This document shows, piece after piece, positions 1 to 7,271 of a stretch of DNA of 32,000 bases. The notes beneath the pieces are model-generated. The model was not told the origin of the DNA. It made no database searches and saw only the letters and a program-made list of their open reading frames with translations. This stretch comes from Candidatus Methanoperedens sp. GTDB lineage: Archaea; Halobacteriota; Methanosarcinia; Methanosarcinales; Methanoperedenaceae. Position 1 is the first letter of the stretch; each line of letters begins with the position of its first letter. Location of the stretch: assembly GCA_026552975.1 (NCBI GenBank), contig JAPMTR010000074.1:6313-38312 (forward strand), read 5' to 3'. The translations under genes were made by a program, and so were the position numbers.

Positions 1-841
1 TTGAGTTTGTTTCAAAAGCAATGGTACTTGGACGCGTCCAGTTTATTGAAACTGCTGTTGCCGTATGGCAGGCTATACAATTATCATTTGTATTATGTTC
101 CATACCATATTTGATGAAAGCTTCATGAATGATATCTGGTGTATTAATGAGATACTCTGAATGGCATTCAGTGCATAATATGGTGGATGAAGCATGGGCT
201 AATAAACCTGGTGTAATCTCATTAGCACCTGCCCCTGTAAGGTCGTCAGAGCCATATGGATTAACATTTATCTTTCTTGTGTCGAGCATTCCAAACCGAG
301 TGAGATTGTCCATATCTAATGGTACTCCATTAATATAAGTTGATATTTTTTTCTCTTTTTCATAATTATATAAAATTCCTGCTTCTCCCGGTGTCATGCT
401 TCCTTTATAAAAACCATTTTGATCACGTAATTCAATCTTATCATTGCCAGCAGCAGCCCATTGGTCTATAGTAATCTCACCAGAAATTGACGTAGGAAAA
501 TTTCCATTCTGGTAGTTCTGTATGGTCGTTGCAAGGACCCTATTCCCGATCATCGATGGACCTGTAATATTCACATAAATTAATCTCTCATAAGCATTGT
601 CACCACTTGCGTACTGAACACCCTTTTGGACACGGTGGCAATCTGAACATGTGAAGTTTTTATGGATGAAACCTGTATGGATCTCCAGCTGGATATCTCC
701 ATGACATTTAATGCATGGAACCTGGGAACCTACCGGATCAACATTATAATAGCTATGTCCGCCGCTAAATATGGACAGGGTATTGGGGATCAACCATATA
801 GAAATCCCACCTAAAGCTATCAATACCCACAAGAGTTTCAT
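1..841 (-). CDS. exported multihaem c-type cytochrome (at least 4 haems), paralogue of 2191..3510; C-terminal end lies beyond the window start
   Basis: Open-ended ORF absent from the supplied track. Own translation from ATG at complement 841-839: MKLLWVLIALGGISIWLIPNTLSIFSGGHSYYNVDPVGSQVPCIKCHGD... Four CxxCH motifs are visible (CIKCH, CSDCH, CTECH, CIACH) and the N-terminus is hydrophobic. It is collinear with the 443-aa ORF (SLFSGQHTFYNIDATGNQVPCAKCHGD; CVACHTHVAVDINF versus CIACHTATAVSINW). The ATG lies 1 nt after the stop of 843..1304. Confidence 0.85.
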   Translation of the reverse strand, partial: MKLLWVLIALGGISIWLIPNTLSIFSGGHSYYNVDPVGSQVPCIKCHGDIQLEIHTGFIHKNFTCSDCHRVQKGVQYASGDNAYERLIYVNITGPSMIGNRVLATTIQNYQNGNFPTSISGEITIDQWAAAGNDKIELRDQNGFYKGSMTPGEAGILYNYEKEKKISTYINGVPLDMDNLTRFGMLDTRKINVNPYGSDDLTGAGANEITPGLLAHASSTILCTECHSEYLINTPDIIHEAFIKYGMEHNTNDNCIACHTATAVSINWTRPSTIAFETNS

Positions 842-842
842 A

Positions 843-1304
843 TCACTCCTCACATTGCCAGCAATGGAAAGCGGTTGTTTTATATTGGATCGCTCCGGTG
901 CCACTGACCAGGCGGATCGTTATGATTAAAATATCGCCAGCTTTCGGTTCGCTCCCTTCCCTGAAAAATAGCTTCAGCGGAAATTCACCTTCTTCATAGC
1001 GGTAAGCAGACGCCCAGTAACTTGCAGGTGGTGCCATAAGAGTGTTAAGGCGAATATTCGCATCAACCTCCGGGAACTTTGGGATCGAATCTGCAGTTTT
1101 ATAGAAGAATGGTATAGCGATTTCTTCGATCGTTACATTGTTCACCATGGGGGTTCCAGTTTCTGATAGATTGGTTGAAACGATCATCATCACAGCGGGT
1201 TTTGCGAGGTCCATTTCAAGCGCATGTTGATATACATAATACCCTGATATTGACACTATTAATAACAGTATTATACCGTATTTTATTGATTTCTTTCTAT
1301 CCAT
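843..1304 (-). CDS. uncharacterised N-terminally membrane-anchored protein with C-terminal HCWQCEE motif
   Basis: 153-aa ORF with a basic N-terminus followed by one hydrophobic helix (KYGIILLLIVSISGYYVY). No family recognised. The last residues are H-C-W-Q-C-E-E (nt 846-866). It sits between two cytochrome genes with gaps of 42 nt and 1 nt. Confidence 0.6.
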   Translation of the reverse strand: MDRKKSIKYGIILLLIVSISGYYVYQHALEMDLAKPAVMMIVSTNLSETGTPMVNNVTIEEIAIPFFYKTADSIPKFPEVDANIRLNTLMAPPASYWASAYRYEEGEFPLKLFFREGSEPKAGDILIITIRLVSGTGAIQYKTTAFHCWQCEE

Positions 1305-1346
1305 TGTTCACTTCCTATCCAAATTTCTTTCTCGTCCCATATTTAT

Positions 1347-1943
1347 TCAGATCACTCCAAATAATGTATCAAATATTTGTTTAAGAAAAGCAAATATTGT
1401 GAATTTTTCAAGATTCCTATTTTTTTCAGGATCATTGGATGAAATAGGAGAATTAGTCATATAAACCTTGCCTTTTGCCCATGAACCATGACATATAGGG
1501 CAATTCTTGCTAATATTTTTGATGTGTATCGTGTGTACCTTGTTACTATGGCATAGTACACATTGAAATCCCTGTTTTTCAATTCCTTCGATCTTTACAA
1601 CAGTAAAATTATCCTGGGTATGACAGGTGGTACAATTTATTGCATTGTGCCCATTGTGAAATATCTGTTTCTCACTTGCATTGATCAGCGTGTTTCCCAT
1701 GTGGCAGGCTTTACAGATCTTTGGGTTATGTTCTTCCTCCAGTTTTGGCACATCTAATTTGTACTTATGGCAACCATTACATTCACTTTGTTGTGATCCA
1801 ACGCCAGCATTGAGAGTTTCACCATGACATCCTACGCAAGGAACAGGAATATGATCCTCTGGAATTTCTGATGCAGTTGCAAGGTCTGGAGTATACAGAA
1901 GAGAAATGAGGACTAAACAAATGACGACAATGTTTTTTTTCAT
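1347..1943 (-). CDS. small hexahaem c-type cytochrome with signal peptide
   Basis: 198 aa with a signal-like N-terminus (MKKNIVVICLVLISLLYTPDLATA). Six CxxCH motifs (CVGCH, CNGCH, CKACH, CTTCH, CVLCH, CPICH) in about 170 mature residues, plus many extra His residues that could serve as distal ligands. Confidence 0.85.
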   Translation of the reverse strand: MKKNIVVICLVLISLLYTPDLATASEIPEDHIPVPCVGCHGETLNAGVGSQQSECNGCHKYKLDVPKLEEEHNPKICKACHMGNTLINASEKQIFHNGHNAINCTTCHTQDNFTVVKIEGIEKQGFQCVLCHSNKVHTIHIKNISKNCPICHGSWAKGKVYMTNSPISSNDPEKNRNLEKFTIFAFLKQIFDTLFGVI

Positions 1944-2145
1944 ATTATTTTTTTAAATACAGGTTTTTACAGTCATTAATGAGAGATCTTTATCGTTGAT
2001 CTTCTCAAGAGCAACAATATTGAACACATTCTTCCTATCATAAATAAAATACGGTACCCAAAGTATATAAAGTTTACACTCAGTGAAAAATTATACAATA
2101 ATTAATAATTACAGTTAATGGTCAGTTAATAATAAAAGACATTAG

Positions 2146-2178
2146 AAAAAAAAGAGAAAAATGGGGATTACCCCATTT
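2146..2178 (-). terminator. stem-loop plus oligo-U tract 3' of the pentahaem cytochrome gene
   Basis: aaatgggg (2159-2166) atta ccccattt (2171-2178) forms a perfect 8-bp stem with a 4-nt loop, 12 nt after the stop at 2191-2193. On the minus-strand transcript it is followed by uuuucucuuuuuuuu (complement of 2146-2160). Confidence 0.6.
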
Positions 2179-2190
2179 CATAGTTCAGAT

Positions 2191-3510
2191 TTATGTTGTT
2201 AAGGCTGTTGTATTGTCGCTTGAGTCTCCATCAAGGCCAATTGTTGTCTTCACAGTTGCACCATTAACGTACATATTTGCGCCTCCCCAGGTATAGCTCT
2301 TGTCACCAGTTGCATAGGTTGCTCCGGATCCATTGCCATATATCGCAACATTGACCTGACCTTCAGCGAGGAAGTTATCTACAGTCCAGCTGCCCGTTGC
2401 TGTGTTTACAGCATCGAATTGAACTTTGTATGCTTTCTGGAAGTTAATATCGACTGCTACGTGTGTATGACATGCTACGCATGCGATATTATTTGAGCCA
2501 TAACCTGTTCCTGGGCCTCTGAGAACGCCATTTGGATCTGCTACGACGAATTCATTGTGTGCTTCAAGTGAGCCTTCTGTAGCGCTACCTGTTGTCAATC
2601 CCAGACCATCAATTGCTTGGAATCCTCCAGCTGCCATGGCACCTACCCATTCGCCTCCGCCATAGTGGCAGTTACCACAGCTACTGGCTAACAAAGACCT
2701 GTGATTATAGGGTTGTGATTGTACAACCTCATATCCTGCAGCTCCCTTCTGCTGCTCTCCTCCATGGCATTCCAGGCATGAGACCAGTGATGCTGCATGA
2801 TATGTCTGACCAGGAGTCATCAAATTAGAACCTGATCCAGGCGCTATTGTATATGCTGTGTTAGAGGTCCATGTAATTCCTGACCATTCTTCAAAGTAGT
2901 TATCTGTCATATTAGTTTTCAGGGTACCATTAGAATTCCTCAAGTTAACGAGGCCCCCTGTATCATAATATTTATATTCTCCAGCAACAGCAGCATTTGA
3001 TAGGCTGCCAGTATATTCACCATCAATCAAGAGTGCTGTATTATTTAACCATTGGGTTAAATTGTCAGCCTTACGGGCTTTCAAGGGGTTAAGAGTGGTA
3101 TCATCCCAGTTATGTACGGTCAAGGTTGTATCATAAGTCAGATACTTCGGGAAGTTTCCGCCTTCAAAGTTTGAAATGCTTGTTAAAAGATATAGTCTAT
3201 AGGATTCATTAGCTACATTTCTATATCTCACGACTGCAAGCGCATCGTCACCGGATGCAAAGCCTGCTTCGGCCCTATGGCAGTATTCGCACTGGAATTT
3301 TGCATGTGGTGCACCTGATCCTGCTGTTGCCATGGATCCGCTTAATTCTGCTTTCACATCACCGTGACATTTTGCGCACGGTACCTGGTTGCCTGTTGCG
3401 TCAATATTGTAGAAAGTGTGCTGGCCTGAGAACAACGACATGGTTGATGGCAGGGCGAACACGCCAATCCCAATAAGGGCAATTATGGCTAAAGTAAATT
3501 TTGTGTTCAT
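2191..3510 (-). CDS. exported pentahaem c-type cytochrome with a large haem-free middle domain
   Basis: The ORF track gives 2191..3522 (443 aa, GTG start). I prefer the ATG at 3510 (MNTKFTLAIIALIG...) because an SD-like GGATGTGA ends 8 nt upstream of it. Hydrophobic N-terminus. Five CxxCH motifs (CAKCH, CEYCH, CLECH, CGNCH, CVACH), with 166 haem-free residues between motifs 2 and 3. Seven N-x-S/T sequons. Confidence 0.85.
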   Translation of the reverse strand: MNTKFTLAIIALIGIGVFALPSTMSLFSGQHTFYNIDATGNQVPCAKCHGDVKAELSGSMATAGSGAPHAKFQCEYCHRAEAGFASGDDALAVVRYRNVANESYRLYLLTSISNFEGGNFPKYLTYDTTLTVHNWDDTTLNPLKARKADNLTQWLNNTALLIDGEYTGSLSNAAVAGEYKYYDTGGLVNLRNSNGTLKTNMTDNYFEEWSGITWTSNTAYTIAPGSGSNLMTPGQTYHAASLVSCLECHGGEQQKGAAGYEVVQSQPYNHRSLLASSCGNCHYGGGEWVGAMAAGGFQAIDGLGLTTGSATEGSLEAHNEFVVADPNGVLRGPGTGYGSNNIACVACHTHVAVDINFQKAYKVQFDAVNTATGSWTVDNFLAEGQVNVAIYGNGSGATYATGDKSYTWGGANMYVNGATVKTTIGLDGDSSDNTTALTT

Positions 3511-3523
3511 ATTTTTATTCACA

Positions 3524-3785
3524 TCCTATCTTTAATTTTTGTTAAACCCTAATCCAATTTGGTATTGTTAGAATAAGAATTCAGCAAAAGAAGAAGGTCC
3601 TTTTGCTGTCGCTCCTATCCTATCCATTTTCCCAATTTGGTATCAATTTGGGTATAATTAGGATACGAGTTTACAGAATATATACTTATCGATTCATTTT
3701 TTAAAAAAATCGTAATGAAGTATTTTTTTGCTGCAATTTATCCTATCCTATCTGTTAATCCCAATTTTGTAGTAATTAGGGATAG
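3524..3785 (-). promoter_or_regulatory. three copies of a 45-55-bp composite motif upstream of the pentahaem cytochrome gene
   Basis: Plus-strand reading: TCCTATC(CTATC), spacer, CCAATTTGGTAT, spacer, TTAG(G/A)ATA. Copy A spans 3524-3577 (tcctatc 3524-3530, ccaatttggtat 3554-3565). Copy B spans 3613-3666 (tcctatcctatc 3613-3624, ccaatttggtat 3632-3643, then caatttgggtat 3644-3655, aattaggata 3656-3665). Copy C spans 3741-3785 (tcctatcctatc 3741-3752, cccaattttgtagt 3760-3773, aattagggatag 3774-3785). Confidence 0.55.
3582..3608 (-). other. perfect 9-bp stem-loop between motif copies A and B (leader, attenuator or terminator-like element)
   Basis: cagcaaaag (3582-3590) and cttttgctg (3600-3608) are exact reverse complements separated by a 9-nt loop. 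Confidence 0.45.
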
Positions 3786-3888
3786 ATTTGTATAAGAGGT
3801 TACTAAATATATAGTTGTCTATTCTGTTCTATGCTGATGTATTTTTTGTTATTTAAAATAGGGTGATTCGATCTTTTTTCGAGGATTT

Positions 3889-4065
3889 TTAAATGAATCT
3901 CCTGAAGAATGTCTCCTCTTTTTTTGCTTTTTTATGTTTTACACCTGAAAAGATTTCATAATAAGATATTGTGGTCGTTACAGCATCTGAATTTTCTGAA
4001 ATATCATACGATTTATTATTACCTTTAAAGAAATCAATTAGAACGCTCGTATCCACTACTACCAT
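3889..4065 (-). pseudogene. vapC: truncated PIN-domain (VapC-like) toxin remnant, 58 codons
   Basis: Own translation (too short for the track): MVVVDTSVLIDFFKGNNKSYDISENSDAVTTTISYYEIFSGVKHKKAKKEETFFRRFI*. VVDTSVLIDFF is a typical PIN N-terminus carrying the first catalytic Asp, but full PIN domains are about 130 aa. The ATG overlaps the upstream stop (ATGGTAG), as in toxin-antitoxin pairs. Confidence 0.6.
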
Positions 4066-4262
4066 ATCCTTTGCCTCGCTGCCGCTCTTATTTTCTTACA
4101 ATCTTCTCCTATCTCATCCAGTACTTTGCTATCTTTAAGAACTCCAAAATACTCGCCAATATCTGATTTCTTTCTATTTGTCAGCCTGCCTATAACATCG
4201 CTAAAACTCTCATCCTCTGTATGCATACAGATATTATACTTGTTGAAAAACAGTTCAAACAT
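4059..4262 (-). CDS. small antitoxin-like protein paired with the PIN remnant
   Basis: 67 aa. The ESFSDVIGRL motif and the acidic/basic C-terminal half resemble the small archaeal putative antitoxins found upstream of PIN toxins. An in-frame TGA lies immediately upstream of the ATG, so the N-terminus may be truncated. The family name needs an HMM check. Confidence 0.45.
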   Translation of the reverse strand: MFELFFNKYNICMHTEDESFSDVIGRLTNRKKSDIGEYFGVLKDSKVLDEIGEDCKKIRAAARQRIW

Positions 4263-4365
4263 TCAGGTTTTCCCCAAGAAGTTACGCCAAATGTCCTTTC
4301 GAGTTCGTTGAGTTCTGCCTATAGCTTTCATTCTGCAAGAGAATTGTTATAGTTGACCTCACGTT

Positions 4366-6156
4366 TTATAAAAACACCTGATACATCCATTTTAGAATAT
4401 TCTCCATGATCGGAATTATTGTTAGATTTTGAGACGGCGATATATAGGTAATAGTGACGATCCAGTAATAGAAAAGCAGCAATACAGAAGTTAAAGCAAG
4501 TGATAGGGACATTAAGAACAGAGTGGTTTTATCCAATATGTCAGAAAAAGAGTTCTTATTATCCCAAAAAATGCTCAATGATAATGAAATCATTAAGGAT
4601 CCAGACGTGACCAGTCCTAGCGAATGGTACTGACCTATAAATTTTGAAGGAAATACTTCAATAAAGAAAAATACTAGTATCATAGCTGATGAAATGTATA
4701 ATAGGGCTATTTTTTTAATGTTACTTTCGATCAGCTCCCTCACTTTATTTATCCTGAGTGCAAAATACAAAAGCACTATATACATAATAAGCAAATACCT
4801 GTATTCAAGGACGATTGGAGTATCGGTGATTATTGCCTGGATATAATTTTTATGCAATATAAAGAAAATTACCGCATATATTCCCAAAAATTTATCTATG
4901 GGACTTAACCTTATTTTCCCTTTTATCCTGTCCAATATAAATGCAAGTGCCATAATTAAGAAAGGACTAATTAATAGAATACCAAACGTGTTTCCCAATT
5001 TCAGTATCAAGATATCAAATAAAACATCAAGCGTTCCTGTACTGATATTGGGGCCCCAGGTAAATCCAAGTTTTTCCAGAAGCTGCGTCTGTTTGATCTT
5101 TGCTGGACCTTCACTGAGTGTGATCATATTTTGTTCGATCTGCATTCTCATGGGCGTATCACTCAGTGGATGCAATTCTATGATAGAGAACGGATCCCCC
5201 AGTATCATCTGATTGAAACTGAAAAACGGGGTAAGCGATACAAAAATTATCATTGCGATCAAAGCAAGGTGTTTGATGCCTCTCCTGAAAAATATTATAT
5301 CAAAAAACAGGAGTGAGAGCATAAGCGCCGCACCATCAAGCGTTCGCGTCCATATGCACAGGCCCGCCAGGATATAAGCAGCATACATGTACCTGATGTC
5401 CTTTTTCTCCTGGCATCTATACAAAAAGTAAAAAGCCAATACTGTCAATAATAATGCAAGTGAATGATGCTTTAGGGTCAGCGCATAAAAGGAAATGGGG
5501 GTAGCAAATATAATAAACAGGGAAGAAAAAATGGCGATCTTATCATTGAATATTTTCCTGAACAGGAAATAAATCATCACGATCAGAAATGACGTAATGA
5601 GAATATTAGTAAATTCAATCGAGATTATTTCTCCCCATTTTGGAAAATAAATGGGATCAAAGGATCGCATATTTACTAATATTAAAAATAAACAAAATGC
5701 CAAACCAAAAAAAAACGCTTTCTTTATCTGCCAAGCTTTTGCCAGAAGATAAAAACTGATCCCGCCGCTTAATGCCCATATCTGCAGGAGGAATAAATGA
5801 GCGCCATAAAATATGTCTATATTTTTCAATGCAAAATATACAGGTAAAGATAGAACCAGCAATGAATAACTGAATTTTCCATATAAATGGTTCGCTACGG
5901 TAATGTATATTCCTTTTTCTACATTTACCTTTGCTACTTTCAGTTCTAAGGAGCCATGAATGAAATTATAGAACTGGCTTACTATCACCCCTTCATCTGA
6001 AAAAAGCATACGGGTTCCTGCAAAACTGAGAAATATAAATAATGAACCAAAAAACAATATTAAAGGGATCTGGTTAGATCCAAATAACCTGACGATTTTC
6101 TTATACATTGATATTAATTCCTGTTTTCCAGTGATCATTATTTTATTCGAATACAT
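4366..6156 (-). CDS. polytopic integral membrane protein, possible GT-C-type glycosyltransferase (ArnT/PMT-like)
   Basis: 596 aa with at least 12 hydrophobic helices by eye. An acidic SDEG motif follows TM1, where GT-C enzymes carry a D/E motif in the first external loop. There is no WWDYG, so this is not a second AglB. The function is inference. Confidence 0.5.
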   Translation of the reverse strand: MYSNKIMITGKQELISMYKKIVRLFGSNQIPLILFFGSLFIFLSFAGTRMLFSDEGVIVSQFYNFIHGSLELKVAKVNVEKGIYITVANHLYGKFSYSLLVLSLPVYFALKNIDIFYGAHLFLLQIWALSGGISFYLLAKAWQIKKAFFFGLAFCLFLILVNMRSFDPIYFPKWGEIISIEFTNILITSFLIVMIYFLFRKIFNDKIAIFSSLFIIFATPISFYALTLKHHSLALLLTVLAFYFLYRCQEKKDIRYMYAAYILAGLCIWTRTLDGAALMLSLLFFDIIFFRRGIKHLALIAMIIFVSLTPFFSFNQMILGDPFSIIELHPLSDTPMRMQIEQNMITLSEGPAKIKQTQLLEKLGFTWGPNISTGTLDVLFDILILKLGNTFGILLISPFLIMALAFILDRIKGKIRLSPIDKFLGIYAVIFFILHKNYIQAIITDTPIVLEYRYLLIMYIVLLYFALRINKVRELIESNIKKIALLYISSAMILVFFFIEVFPSKFIGQYHSLGLVTSGSLMISLSLSIFWDNKNSFSDILDKTTLFLMSLSLALTSVLLLFYYWIVTITYISPSQNLTIIPIMENILKWMYQVFL

Positions 6157-6290
6157 TTAATATCATTCATATACATATCGCCTTATTTTACTTCTATTAA
6201 GAATAGCAGCAGATATGAGTAAGATGAGCATAATTGTCGGAACAAAAATTTTGGAAACCTTTATAGCCACCCAGGAAATAAAGATTAGTA

Positions 6291-6914
6291 ATGATAAGAG
6301 TCATCCTTTATATCTCAGGAAAAGTCCAGAGAGTAAATTACAGGTCTAAAGTAATAAACAAAGCTGAAAAATACAATATAAAAGGGAATATTCAAAATCT
6401 TTCTGACAATAATGTAAAAATAATAGCTGAGGGAGAAGAAAAGGATATAGAGTTATTTATTCAGGATATAAATATTAAAAATACTCTTATAAATGTGTCC
6501 GATATAAAGATGGAATATTCCACCCCAACAGGTGAATACGAAAGTTTCTATAAGCTCGTCAGCGAAGGTGAAACAGATGAAAGACTCGATACAGCAGCAA
6601 ATTTGTTAAAAGAGCTTATAAATGTAACAAAAAAAGGTTTTTCAGGTATTGAGAAAAAGCAGGAAATCATGATAGTGACGCAACAAGAAACCATAGGTAA
6701 AATAGATAATCTTGGTATTGTGCTCGGGAATAAGATCGATCAGAATCGATTGGAGATAAAATCAGAGATACATGCGCTCAGAGACGATTTTAAGTCTCAT
6801 TTTGACAAAAGGTTATCAAAGATGGAATTCGAATTAGCTGAAATAAAAATAAAAGTCAATAAGATCCAACATTCTTCAAATAATCCCAGGACAAAAATAT
6901 CTCAAGCAGAATAG
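6291..6914 (+). CDS. acylphosphatase-like domain protein with a C-terminal coiled-coil region
   Basis: The N-terminus VILYISGKVQRVNYRSKVINKAEKYNIKGNIQNLSDNNVKIIAEGEE follows the acylphosphatase pattern (V.G.VQGV.FR...G.V.N..dG.V.i.aeG), but the QGV glycine is replaced. The C-terminal ~100 aa are charged and heptad-like. Confidence 0.5.
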   Translation: MIRVILYISGKVQRVNYRSKVINKAEKYNIKGNIQNLSDNNVKIIAEGEEKDIELFIQDINIKNTLINVSDIKMEYSTPTGEYESFYKLVSEGETDERLDTAANLLKELINVTKKGFSGIEKKQEIMIVTQQETIGKIDNLGIVLGNKIDQNRLEIKSEIHALRDDFKSHFDKRLSKMEFELAEIKIKVNKIQHSSNNPRTKISQAE

Positions 6915-6942
6915 AATTATTTATTAATAAGGAAAATACATA

Positions 6943-7191
6943 ATGATAAATATAAACCCAATTATAAATAATAATCCTAAAATAGCAGGATCAATTATGT
7001 TTTTGATCGGAGGCTTATCCGGTGCATTGACCCTAAAATTGTTAGGAGATGCCATATCCTCCCAATCTGTTCTCAAATACCTATCTAATACTTCACTGAT
7101 TATATATCTTGCATCTATCGTTATCCTTGCTCTACTATCATTTATCCTTATATCCAAAAGCTATAAACTACTGAATCCCTTCTTGAAATAA
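6943..7191 (+). CDS. small two-helix membrane protein (hypothetical)
   Basis: 82 aa with two clear hydrophobic segments, on the same strand as its neighbours. It competes with the antisense ORF 6924..7157. AT-rich region, so the call is weak. Confidence 0.35.
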   Translation: MININPIINNNPKIAGSIMFLIGGLSGALTLKLLGDAISSQSVLKYLSNTSLIIYLASIVILALLSFILISKSYKLLNPFLK

Positions 7192-7271
7192 ATGTTTTTT
7201 GACAAATAGAAACAATTTATCGTGAATATATTTAAATATCCCTACGACTAAATTAGTATTATGGCGATAGT

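Noticed and set aside
129-338. 69-aa plus-strand ORF from the track
   Set aside because: It lies antisense inside the open-ended minus-strand cytochrome gene (1..841), which has strong haem-motif and paralogy support. It has no recognisable features of its own.
6924-7157. 77-aa minus-strand ORF competing with 6943..7191 (+)
   Set aside because: The plus-strand product has two clean TM helices and shares orientation and spacing with its neighbours. The minus-strand product would be an isolated gene. Neither is certain.
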